Positions 8,901 through 17,043 of a stretch of 53,316 nt of DNA are shown here, in pieces. Each line of letters opens with the position of its first letter. Position 1 is the stretch's first letter. The DNA comes from Verrucomicrobium spinosum (lineage in GTDB: Bacteria; Verrucomicrobiota; Verrucomicrobiia; JADLBR01; JAIBCM01): NCBI GenBank assembly GCA_020718645.1, contig DYRQ01000006.1:1-53316 (forward strand), given 5' to 3'. The translations under genes were made by a program, and so were the position numbers. The notes under the pieces are model-generated. The model was not told the DNA's origin, searched no databases, and saw only the letters and a program-made list of their open reading frames with translations.

Positions 8901-11900
8901 ATCGCTTGTCCACCGAGGGGGCACCCACTTGCACAGCAAACTGCGCCCCAACTTCGTAGTTATTCAGGCCAGTGTTATAAACTGGGAAAGTGTTGTCAGT
9001 GGCAGTCACACTAGAACCGTCACGGGCTCCATCAGCAGCTCCTGAAGCTCCTGGCGTGGAGGAGCCAGTTGTATTCGCACCACCCACGGTTCCCGTGCCA
9101 CCCGGCAGTGAGGCATAAGAAACCAGGACATTATTAGAGAGAATATCCCCAGAGATAGCGGCGTCGCCTAGCTTCGCTGTCACGGTCACTGTGATATTTT
9201 TCACAGCACCACCGATGGCAGCTACATCCGGGAGTGAATCAAAGGTCAAAGTGAATGAACCACCAGCACCGGCCGTTACAGTGCGCGCTGTTTCAGACAC
9301 GCCAACAGGAATATTGGTGCCAGCAGCCGAGGCCGTAACACTGACCAGCTCAATACCGGCAGGCAGTGTGTCGGCCACTGTGATGTTATAAGCTGGCATC
9401 TGCACGATGCGACGCCATTGCATATTAGTGCCTGCGACATCAGGACCGAGCACATTGGTGATGCTTGAATACATTCCGAAACTCTGTCCGGATAGAGTGG
9501 TTCCCTGCTGGATATAAACTTGGTAGCCCAGAGGTATCTCAGACGAGTTATCGAAATCCGACACACGACGCAGGCTCGCAGTGCCTGCCACAGCAGTGAC
9601 TTCGTAGATGCCATTCTGGGTTTGAGTGCTTTGATTTTTTATCAGCACGCGATCCCCAACCACGAGCGCCACGCTGTCCAGTGTGGTGGCGATACCTGTG
9701 ATGGTAGCCTGTGATCCTGCTGCGCCAGTGAAACCAGCCAAGTTAGCCGTAGTGGCCACTTTGACGGCAGTGGAGTTCTGCACGAGCGCGAAAGCAAGAG
9801 CTGTAGTGTTGAGCGTGACAGAGGCAGACTCTTGCAGGTAAACACGCCCTGAGTTCGTCGTGCCACCGCTCACGGCAAAGCGAGAATTATCAGTCACCTC
9901 GGCGTTTGCATCATAGTCAGGAGCACGATCGAGTATCACTGTATCCGTCTGTGCATCTACATAAAACACACGGTAAACACCGTTCTGAGTCCCTGTAGCC
10001 TGATCTTTGACCAGCACCCGGTCACCCGCGTTCAGAGAAACACCATCAATAGTGCGAGCAACCCCGGTAAACTGGCCTGTGCCACCCACTCCACTGGCAG
10101 CGTTGTAAGTAGCTCCTGTCAATGCTGCCGTGGTGGCAACCTGAACGGACGGAATACCTGTAATTTCAAAAACCGGCTGGTTGGAGAAAGTAATGGTATA
10201 AGTGAAAGTATCACCTCCGTCAGCAGGCAGAGCCGAGGTCACCTGCGTCTTCAGGTTAGTGATCTGTGGTTCGACTACATTGACAGACACACTGCCGACA
10301 CCAGACGCCAGCGCATCGTTGGCGGAGTTAGCTTTGATATCCACCGTATTTGTGAGAGCAACTCCCGCTTGGTTAGCTGCGACATTTTCTACCAATGCGT
10401 TAAATTCGATGATGATATATTCTTTGTCAGCATCATTGTCTGAATTAACTATATCGCCGAGTTTGAACTGAGGGTCTGTGCCGCTGACATACGAATCAGT
10501 GTTGACAGTCAGGCTTGTGCTGGATCCGATGTTAACATTACCGAGCACAACTGTCACCGCGACAGAGGTCGGGTCATCCACTGTAGCAGAGGCGTTGGGA
10601 TCTGCCTGCCATGGTCCATTGGCCAAAGCTAGAGCCAAGGTCGAACCAGTTGGCTCCGACGAAGTAATACCGTTGTTAGTATCCGAGACAAAGGCGATTT
10701 TAGTGGTTCCGTCGTTGATAAAACGCATGCCGGTTGGCAGGTTGTCGTCCACGATCAAATTGGTCGTTGTGCCTTCGGGGATTTCGATCTGGATGCGATA
10801 GCGGACTATTTCACCGATAGCCACAGTGTTCGTCGTGCCTGCTAACCCAGTGCCAGGCTCGGAGGTGGCAACAATGGTCTTGGTCACAGCAAAGTTCGCG
10901 GTATTGATATCAGCTACTTCAGTCTTGTTGACCTGCAAGTGATCGTATCCACCTTCTTTGCCTGCGTATTTTGTCAGAGAGGCCGTGTTCCGAATATAGG
11001 CATCGGTCGGTGTCTGCGCTGTGAAATAGTTAGGAGAAACATTGGAGGAGAGCGTCAACTCGTAGCTGACAATGACAAAATTGAAACCATCAGTCCGCTC
11101 ACTTGCATCCTGATTCAAACCACGATTCAAACCGCCCTGTTTGCTCTCGCCGCCATCCGCATCAGCGTAGTTATCTACCAGTTCAATCGAAAAGGTGTTG
11201 GCGCCATCATTCCATGTCAGATTGTAACCCACGCCATGCACGAGCGCCGTGCGATCGCCCCGTTGCACGACGAGGTTGGTCGCCGTGATAAACTGGTTGG
11301 CCGTCAGCGCACCGGGATCCACAAACTGAGCTAGGATAGTATCTTCAAAAGTAACATCGTAAGCATCGGAACGACCTGTATTGCCCACAATGAGGGCATA
11401 GCGGACTTTATCTCCGGCATCAGGAAGTGTTCCAGTAGTCAAGTTGCTGTTACTGAAAGTTGTGGCATCAGCCACGGCATCCATCACACCCGCAGTGACA
11501 CCTGTGCCAGCTCCGATAGCACCAAAGGTCAGCCCACCCAGAGTCGCTGATGCGATGACCCCAGCTTTTTCACTGGCAACGACACCCTTGTAAATTTCCA
11601 CATCAGGCTCATTGAGCACGATCTGGATGATCGAGTCTGCCACCTGTTTTGATCCGGGCGACTGAGTATTTTCTTCCTCTGAACGGACTTGGTTGGTCAG
11701 GTAAAGACCATCTGCAAACGGATCGTCATCCACCGTCACGGTGAACATGAAATCAGCCTTCAACTGGGTATTAGCACCGTAGTCGTAGTCTAGCCCCGGA
11801 TAGAAACGGAGACTGTTGTTCGTAGCATCCACTGACGCAACAGCCGGAGTGTGTCCACTGGCCGCTGTAAAAGTATCTGTAGAACCAAGAATGACATGTC

Positions 11901-14232
11901 CAGTTGCTGGGGCACTGCCAGCCCAAGCGCCGTCATACACCCACTCTCCGAGCCCACCGGCGGCACCGTCAGTGTTGGGATCGTTGGCCTTGTAAACCGG
12001 CATCGGCAGGTAGTCTGTAAAAGCGAGGTTTTCTACATCGCCAGTAGGAATAGTATATTCAATTCGATAAGTGACCGTATCCCCTGGGCTCACTTGCACC
12101 TGACCACTAACGATAGGAAGTGTCGTGCTCCCGTTGACTGCGTAGATGGTCTTGGTTAGCACACCTGATGTGATGGTCACATCGGCACCACTATCATCAA
12201 TGGGCGTGTTCGTGGAGGCTCCTCCGTCACTATCCGCGAGTGTGTCGTTGTCCAACACTCGTCCGGTGATCTCGACATCGTTTGTTAAAACATCACGGGG
12301 GTTCACTGGAGACTCGCCACTGGGGTAGTCCTCTTCAAAGTTGTTTTGGATGACGAGACGGAACTTCAAAGTGCCAGTAGTCGCACCGAAAGGCAAAGCC
12401 CCAGGAGCCACAAGTGGGTTATTGTAATCCGTAGGATCCGCTGTGCCCTTCACGCCGCCACCGAGCAACATGCCGTCCACGCCACCTAGACCATCGCCAT
12501 CCCAATTCAGGCGAATCAATTCGTTGGAAATATTGAACGAGAGCTGGCGACCGCCCTCCAGCGTCACATCGTTATTGTTGTCCGTTCCATCGCCGAGCAA
12601 AGTCTGGGACCAGTTTGTGGCAGCAAAAGCTCCCGTCCCGCTGGCTCCAGTGAACGAGCTGTTGGTGATCGAACTACCATGAGAAGTGATGTTCAGAATC
12701 GGGGCGAAAGTTGTGTCGAGACGCAAACCATCGGAATACAGATCCGTTATGACAAGGTTGTCGAAGGCAAAGTAGTCCGATACCTGAAAATTCAAAGTAT
12801 ATTCCAGCGTGTTACCCACATTGTAAGTGCTGTTGCCAGTAGTGACATTTGACACTGATTTCTGGATGGCGATAGACTGCGCTTGCAGGGTGTGCTCGTG
12901 GTCGCCGTCAAGCACAGGATTTGCCGGATTCAGCGGGTTGCCATCCACTGTAGCTTGGTCGGCAGTGCGAATGTCCGAATCGCGGGTGTCTAGCGGATCC
13001 CAAACCCCGTGTCCGTAAGCCTCGTTGAAGTGGTTTTCAAAAGCACCTGTCGTGGCATTGAGCACGGCGTTGCCATCACCATCAATGCGAGGAACGAAAA
13101 ATGAAAACTCTATGTAGGCATCCACTGAAGCAGTCCCACCCAACACGGGGTTGTCAAACAAGATTTCCAATGTGCCACCGGGACTGGTGGTTAACACGGT
13201 ATGGTTGACCGTAGTAGAGTAGGCTGCAGAACTACCCGTGAAGGCGACAAACTGCATCGCATCAGGAATACCGTCTCCAGCGAGCCCAGGCATCACATCG
13301 GCCAGAGTCAAACTCGACAGCGTCTGGCCATTGGCAATGTCCACATTAATGCGGTAGCGGCGCTCAAAATTTGGGCCGGTGGCCGTCTCGTCTTCAGGAC
13401 CAATATACTGCTTGGTCACCGTCATGATGGAAGGTTTGGCATGATCAGAACTTGCCGCCCCAAAAATGGTTTGTTCGACAGGGAGCGACCCGCCTCCATC
13501 GGGATCAACCCCCGGATTATCCAAAGGATCATTTCCGTAACGGAACCCACCGCGAGCTGTGACTTCTAGCTCAGTCACTGTCGCGTTGGTCGAGTCGTAG
13601 AGATCCGCCTGATTGCTCATGCTGGCATCAATAGTGATAGTCGCAGCGGGCTGATCGGCAGCAAAACTACCAAACGGCAGTTCGATCACGATGATCTGAT
13701 CCCCGTTCTGGTAACGGCCACCTAACCAAGCATCAGTCGTCTTGATGTAAATACCATTTCCGGAGGAATCCTTAGCGTAGGGATGGAGAACACCATCGGT
13801 GGCATCAAGGGAGTCACCGTCATTGTTGCTGTCGTCGTCGAGAGTCAATATCTGGTAATTGACATTGGACCCAAGGTATTTGACCTTGCCAGAGGCTCCG
13901 ACCGTGATGCCATCCGCCACAGAGGTCCAAGTGTTGGTCTGAGAGTTGTAAACACCATCGGCACCTGTGCGATCAATCGCTAGGTCAATGAACGGGCCGT
14001 AGCCCTCTTGGGTGGCATGGGTGTTGTCAAAGTTGACTTGAATCTGAAAATCCTCACCTATTTTAGGATCTGGTGTCGTGACAGAAACCGTAGGCGTAGC
14101 ACTGTAGAGAATACGATTTTCGAGCGTTTCCAAAACCAGTTGTGACTTTTTCGCTCCGCGAGCACGCGCCGACCCTGACGCCAGTTCCCCGCCAGCCCAG
14201 CTCTTCAACTTGTCTGCCAATTTTGCAATCAT
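5950..14232 (-). CDS. Giant secreted adhesin-like protein, 2760 aa: LEPRxLL motif, about 10 isopeptide-type/DUF11-like Ig modules, SdrD B-like domain, PT linker, C-terminal Ig-like domain
   Basis: LETLENRILYS near the N terminus; repeated K...GExVxYxIxV...DxLPxG...NxA modules; GDFVWHDVDGDGVQDGGEAGI (SdrD B-like); PIYSGKSDPGS...VVADSGGNW (Ig-like); directly upstream of TolC and the adaptor. Confidence 0.88.
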   Translation of the reverse strand: MIAKLADKLKSWAGGELASGSARARGAKKSQLVLETLENRILYSATPTVSVTTPDPKIGEDFQIQVNFDNTHATQEGYGPFIDLAIDRTGADGVYNSQTNTWTSVADGITVGASGKVKYLGSNVNYQILTLDDDSNNDGDSLDATDGVLHPYAKDSSGNGIYIKTTDAWLGGRYQNGDQIIVIELPFGSFAADQPAATITIDASMSNQADLYDSTNATVTELEVTARGGFRYGNDPLDNPGVDPDGGGSLPVEQTIFGAASSDHAKPSIMTVTKQYIGPEDETATGPNFERRYRINVDIANGQTLSSLTLADVMPGLAGDGIPDAMQFVAFTGSSAAYSTTVNHTVLTTSPGGTLEILFDNPVLGGTASVDAYIEFSFFVPRIDGDGNAVLNATTGAFENHFNEAYGHGVWDPLDTRDSDIRTADQATVDGNPLNPANPVLDGDHEHTLQAQSIAIQKSVSNVTTGNSTYNVGNTLEYTLNFQVSDYFAFDNLVITDLYSDGLRLDTTFAPILNITSHGSSITNSSFTGASGTGAFAATNWSQTLLGDGTDNNNDVTLEGGRQLSFNISNELIRLNWDGDGLGGVDGMLLGGGVKGTADPTDYNNPLVAPGALPFGATTGTLKFRLVIQNNFEEDYPSGESPVNPRDVLTNDVEITGRVLDNDTLADSDGGASTNTPIDDSGADVTITSGVLTKTIYAVNGSTTLPIVSGQVQVSPGDTVTYRIEYTIPTGDVENLAFTDYLPMPVYKANDPNTDGAAGGLGEWVYDGAWAGSAPATGHVILGSTDTFTAASGHTPAVASVDATNNSLRFYPGLDYDYGANTQLKADFMFTVTVDDDPFADGLYLTNQVRSEEENTQSPGSKQVADSIIQIVLNEPDVEIYKGVVASEKAGVIASATLGGLTFGAIGAGTGVTAGVMDAVADATTFSNSNLTTGTLPDAGDKVRYALIVGNTGRSDAYDVTFEDTILAQFVDPGALTANQFITATNLVVQRGDRTALVHGVGYNLTWNDGANTFSIELVDNYADADGGESKQGGLNRGLNQDASERTDGFNFVIVSYELTLSSNVSPNYFTAQTPTDAYIRNTASLTKYAGKEGGYDHLQVNKTEVADINTANFAVTKTIVATSEPGTGLAGTTNTVAIGEIVRYRIQIEIPEGTTTNLIVDDNLPTGMRFINDGTTKIAFVSDTNNGITSSEPTGSTLALALANGPWQADPNASATVDDPTSVAVTVVLGNVNIGSSTSLTVNTDSYVSGTDPQFKLGDIVNSDNDADKEYIIIEFNALVENVAANQAGVALTNTVDIKANSANDALASGVGSVSVNVVEPQITNLKTQVTSALPADGGDTFTYTITFSNQPVFEITGIPSVQVATTAALTGATYNAASGVGGTGQFTGVARTIDGVSLNAGDRVLVKDQATGTQNGVYRVFYVDAQTDTVILDRAPDYDANAEVTDNSRFAVSGGTTNSGRVYLQESASVTLNTTALAFALVQNSTAVKVATTANLAGFTGAAGSQATITGIATTLDSVALVVGDRVLIKNQSTQTQNGIYEVTAVAGTASLRRVSDFDNSSEIPLGYQVYIQQGTTLSGQSFGMYSSITNVLGPDVAGTNMQWRRIVQMPAYNITVADTLPAGIELVSVTASAAGTNIPVGVSETARTVTAGAGGSFTLTFDSLPDVAAIGGAVKNITVTVTAKLGDAAISGDILSNNVLVSYASLPGGTGTVGGANTTGSSTPGASGAADGARDGSSVTATDNTFPVYNTGLNNYEVGAQFAVQVGAPSVDKRFQGGSITNDDTSASHTTLANVVIGESVIYDILVTLAEGTTNGLTVRDLVPSGLRLDTTYNGGLGYQLITTAAASGGQMTTDFGAALGAPTVTAFGAGTLGNDGVDMQLAFGNITLAANGASGDNSFIIRVQAITTNVVGNQASTTLENQSSVAYTNPDTGGTVAIPDGTPGNDPIVTVREPVITVTKTITTTPSDAGDAIAYQIVVQNTGSYDAFDVSMTDAINNDIRSASATGTPGSTGSDGNSLVYTWTIGTLAAGASQTYTVSGNLDTDVVPNQTISNSATATWTSLNSGAVDGSDADERTGADGEGGALNDYADTSTVVSTTVSTPTITKVLSATDQAGTTGSNVAIGETVTYTITVTLPEGPVGTVTVTDLLPAGLSYVTGSASFNTASFNGTIATSGVNFNQTGGSGSGDDVIWTFSTVSVVADNVTTNNSFTISLQALVLDVAGNVGASGSQTVLNNQASVNVPGGATPDATTPNVPVTVVEPILQITKAENDADDVVSPGQVVTYTLTIDHRAASTQTAYDIAVRDSLPADITLNVASINVTGATVNSNTSAGNNIVLSLDQLAVGSTITITYTGTVSAWVGLNATLENTAKIYWDDLAGDEAHTLSGTPDADSRYAADGTNDRDYGAVTANEVHNATTDFAQDTVRLTTPAVAASLGDFVWHDVDGDGVQDGGEAGIAGVRVYLDADNDGIYDVGESTAITNGAGSYTIGGLVAGTYIVRVDTSTLGTYTTQTYDLDGLVSANAATAVTLTAGQNRTDVDFGYKIPPAVTPPTPTPTPTPTPTTTPTTAISHLVTSTFRVEPDEALDKTGNLEPRQRPIFRPEERILPYAQPLLPLAPIYSGKSDPGSTLVLVMVGAKGDVIGTQTVVADSGGNWLATFPNAVITDYPRSVSISTTNPSYNSSGDGNYNIRAFFAPALQAGEFFYEGVDVANIFGKRSVGTVMILMDYMNRPVRMDFSAHESEFLAAQATASGY
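6513..6575 (-). repeat. Pro/Thr low-complexity linker inside the adhesin
   Basis: Encodes PPAVTPPTPTPTPTPTPTTTPTT; the 14-mer gtaggcgtcggggt occurs at 6527-6540 and 6545-6558. Confidence 0.85.
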
Positions 14233-14403
14233 TTTAACATTTTCCCTTAGGACTAAGTATTTTCACTAGTCTGCATCTGAGTTTTAGCAATGATTATTTT
14301 GTCACGCCTGATTATTATTAGATGATCATAAGCAGTTGTTTAACATGATTAGATTCTCTGATACCTGCATGAAGACGGGGTGCATTGAATTCAGCGATCA
14401 GCT

Positions 14404-16983
14404 TTATCGCTGCTGCAGGGTCAGGTAGGTCAAGTCAAGGTAGTTGGCCTGTAGGCGCCAGCCTCGCACGGCTTCTCCCCGATGAAACACCGCTCCTCCC
14501 GAGCTTTCCTCGCCTTTGTGCATTTCATCAAAATAGACGGTGTCCTTGCCGCGAGTGAAGCGGACGCTGAAGTCTGTCTGCCTGCCATGGTTCCACCAAA
14601 AGACATGCTCAGTCCCGTCCGCAAGACGACGCGACGACACGCCACACCTTGCAAAGACTTCGACCAGACACCGGATCTGTTCCGTAGAAAATTCCGGGAT
14701 AAACTGGCCAATCGAGCGGATATCGTCCGAGAATCGTCGCCCGGTCTCAGCCATCTGCCGTGGACCGTGACTGCTCATGCGAAAGGTTTTTACCAAAGCC
14801 AAAAAATCCTCTTCGGTATAATTCGTAAGAAGACCCACACCACCCTCGAACAGCACCTCTATTTTCTCGCCATCTCGGAGAGCGATGGGAGCGCTCACCC
14901 AATCGCCTCCCTCTCTCTGCATGGGGAAGGTGTCCCCCACACCACGGATCGAGAGTATCGCTTGCTTCGCCACAAAACCGCGAAGGCGAAGGCGAGCCTG
15001 CTGCGACCAACGACGGTTGCCACCCAACTGGGAGAAGGTAACGAAGAGCCGTTCCCCCTGCCACTCGGTGGTGCAGGACACCTCAGCGTAGTCCCCATTT
15101 TGATAGGCTGCTGACTCCCCGTCATCATCATAGAACTTCGATGTATGGGAACCGGGGAAAACGAGCCATTCAGACCCGGCACTCTCCATAGGAAAAGCAG
15201 CGCCACCCACTGCGAATAGCGGGATTTGATCGGGGGCACAATGCACGGCACTCCAACCTGACTGCTCAATTTTTCTTCCGGTCTGGAAATCAAACCACTC
15301 GCCCTCTGGGAACCAGACATCGCGACGGGATAACCCTGTCGAGGCGTCAGCCGGAGCCACCACTGGCGCCGCTAGCAGATCGGGGCCAAAGGAGTATTGG
15401 TCAGGGCAGAGATAGGCATCCTCGATTTCAGGGTGGCGGTAGTAGAGTGGCAGACAGAGAGGTAGCCCCCCACAGGAATTGTCACGCACCGCCGTGTAGA
15501 TGTAGGGCATCAGCGCACGACGCAAGTGCAAGGCACCCAGAGCCGCAGAACGATAAGGCTCAGGTTTATGCCACGGCTTATAATCCAGCGTGGGGTCGCC
15601 ACAGTTGTGGAATCGCATGACAGGGCTCAGGCAGCCAAACTGCACCCAGCGCACGAACAGATCGTGATTGTTCGGATCACCCTTCTGGAACCCCCCGATG
15701 TCGTGGCTCCAACAGCCGTAGCCCACATTGGCTGACTGCGATGTCAGGCGCACCTGATAATCCAAAGAGGCCCACGATGATACAGCATCCCCAGAAAACC
15801 CAACAGGGTAACGGTGCGACCCGGCTCCACCCCAGCGAGACAAGATCAGCGGACGACGAGAACCATCGCGGGCGATGTCCAGAGCGTGAAGGTGGTTCAG
15901 ATACCAGAGAGGATCGAGCCCGGCCAATTGCGTGGTTTTTTCCTGCTGCCAATCTATCCACCAAAAGTCCACCCCCTGCTTCTCGAGGGGATGGTGCAGA
16001 AAACGAAAATAGGCCTCGATGAATTTCGGGTTGGCTATATCGAATTTTACAGTCTCTTTCGACGCGGGATCCACGCCCATGAAAGAAGCTATCTCAGCAT
16101 AGGCAGACTCATGTTCAGCCACGCCCGAGGAGGGATGCAAGTTCAGGCAGGCATGTGCGCCCTTGGCATGGATGCGCTGAAAAAAGCCTTCGGGGTCAGG
16201 AAAAAATGCCGGGCTCCATGTGTAGCCAGTCCAACCTGGCATGTGCCAATCCATATCCACAACACAGACAGAAAGCGGCAGCCCATGCGTCTCAAACTCA
16301 TCTACGATACCCTCCAGATCCGACTGACGGTATTTCTCCCAGCGGCTCCACCAGAGCCCGAGAACCCACTTGGCGACCAAGGGTGGAGCTCCAGCAATTT
16401 TATAATAATCCGCGAGAGCCTCTGAAAAGCGGTGGCCATAACCAAAGAAATAAAAATCTACCCCTCGCTGCTGTCTCGGACGCAACCAACCTTCCTCGCT
16501 GAAAACCAGTGAAGTGCTGTCGTCCACCACAGCCCAGCCCGATCGTGAAACAATACCCTCTGACACCGCCACGGGACGGCACTCGCTGTAGTGCATCTCT
16601 CCATCACAGTTGTCGAGCGTCCGCACGCTGCCTTTTAAATTGGCTGTATCCGCCTGTCCATAGTGCCAAGTAAATCCCGTAGCTTTCAGGGTGACTGCCA
16701 GACTTTCCCTCGAGAAAAAACCTTGGGAGGAACACTCGAGCACCAAAGCTTCTGTCTCGATCCTGACCCCACCATCATGAAAAACCTGTCCACGGAACTC
16801 CACGGCACCGAGGTCGCGATGCCAAAAATGTTGTGAAGAGGCATCTTCAAAACTCCCCTCTGCCTGCCACTGACAACGGATCAAGCTGGGCGTGATCACC
16901 GTGAAACGCAGCGAACCACTGCTGACAATATTGGAGGGATTTGCTTGAGATTTTCCCGGAACAACGAAATGGCTCAAATTCAT
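14404..16983 (-). CDS. Glycoside hydrolase family 31 (alpha-glucosidase/alpha-xylosidase type)
   Basis: VVDMDWH, WTGYTWSPAFFPDP, nucleophile motif GVDFWWIDWQQ, RYPVGFSGD, WSHDIGGF, RWVQFGCLSPVMRFH. ATG start taken at 16983. Confidence 0.93.
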   Translation of the reverse strand: MNLSHFVVPGKSQANPSNIVSSGSLRFTVITPSLIRCQWQAEGSFEDASSQHFWHRDLGAVEFRGQVFHDGGVRIETEALVLECSSQGFFSRESLAVTLKATGFTWHYGQADTANLKGSVRTLDNCDGEMHYSECRPVAVSEGIVSRSGWAVVDDSTSLVFSEEGWLRPRQQRGVDFYFFGYGHRFSEALADYYKIAGAPPLVAKWVLGLWWSRWEKYRQSDLEGIVDEFETHGLPLSVCVVDMDWHMPGWTGYTWSPAFFPDPEGFFQRIHAKGAHACLNLHPSSGVAEHESAYAEIASFMGVDPASKETVKFDIANPKFIEAYFRFLHHPLEKQGVDFWWIDWQQEKTTQLAGLDPLWYLNHLHALDIARDGSRRPLILSRWGGAGSHRYPVGFSGDAVSSWASLDYQVRLTSQSANVGYGCWSHDIGGFQKGDPNNHDLFVRWVQFGCLSPVMRFHNCGDPTLDYKPWHKPEPYRSAALGALHLRRALMPYIYTAVRDNSCGGLPLCLPLYYRHPEIEDAYLCPDQYSFGPDLLAAPVVAPADASTGLSRRDVWFPEGEWFDFQTGRKIEQSGWSAVHCAPDQIPLFAVGGAAFPMESAGSEWLVFPGSHTSKFYDDDGESAAYQNGDYAEVSCTTEWQGERLFVTFSQLGGNRRWSQQARLRLRGFVAKQAILSIRGVGDTFPMQREGGDWVSAPIALRDGEKIEVLFEGGVGLLTNYTEEDFLALVKTFRMSSHGPRQMAETGRRFSDDIRSIGQFIPEFSTEQIRCLVEVFARCGVSSRRLADGTEHVFWWNHGRQTDFSVRFTRGKDTVYFDEMHKGEESSGGAVFHRGEAVRGWRLQANYLDLTYLTLQQR

Positions 16984-17043
16984 TTGCAAAACACTCTACC
17001 TTTCCGCATTGAAAAACACGATAAAAAAATACCGCTGACAGAG

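Noticed and set aside
14229-14240. Micro-ORF Met-Leu-Lys-stop overlapping the adhesin start
   Set aside because: Expected by chance in AT-rich DNA; the SD-like AAGGGA is better spaced for the adhesin ATG.
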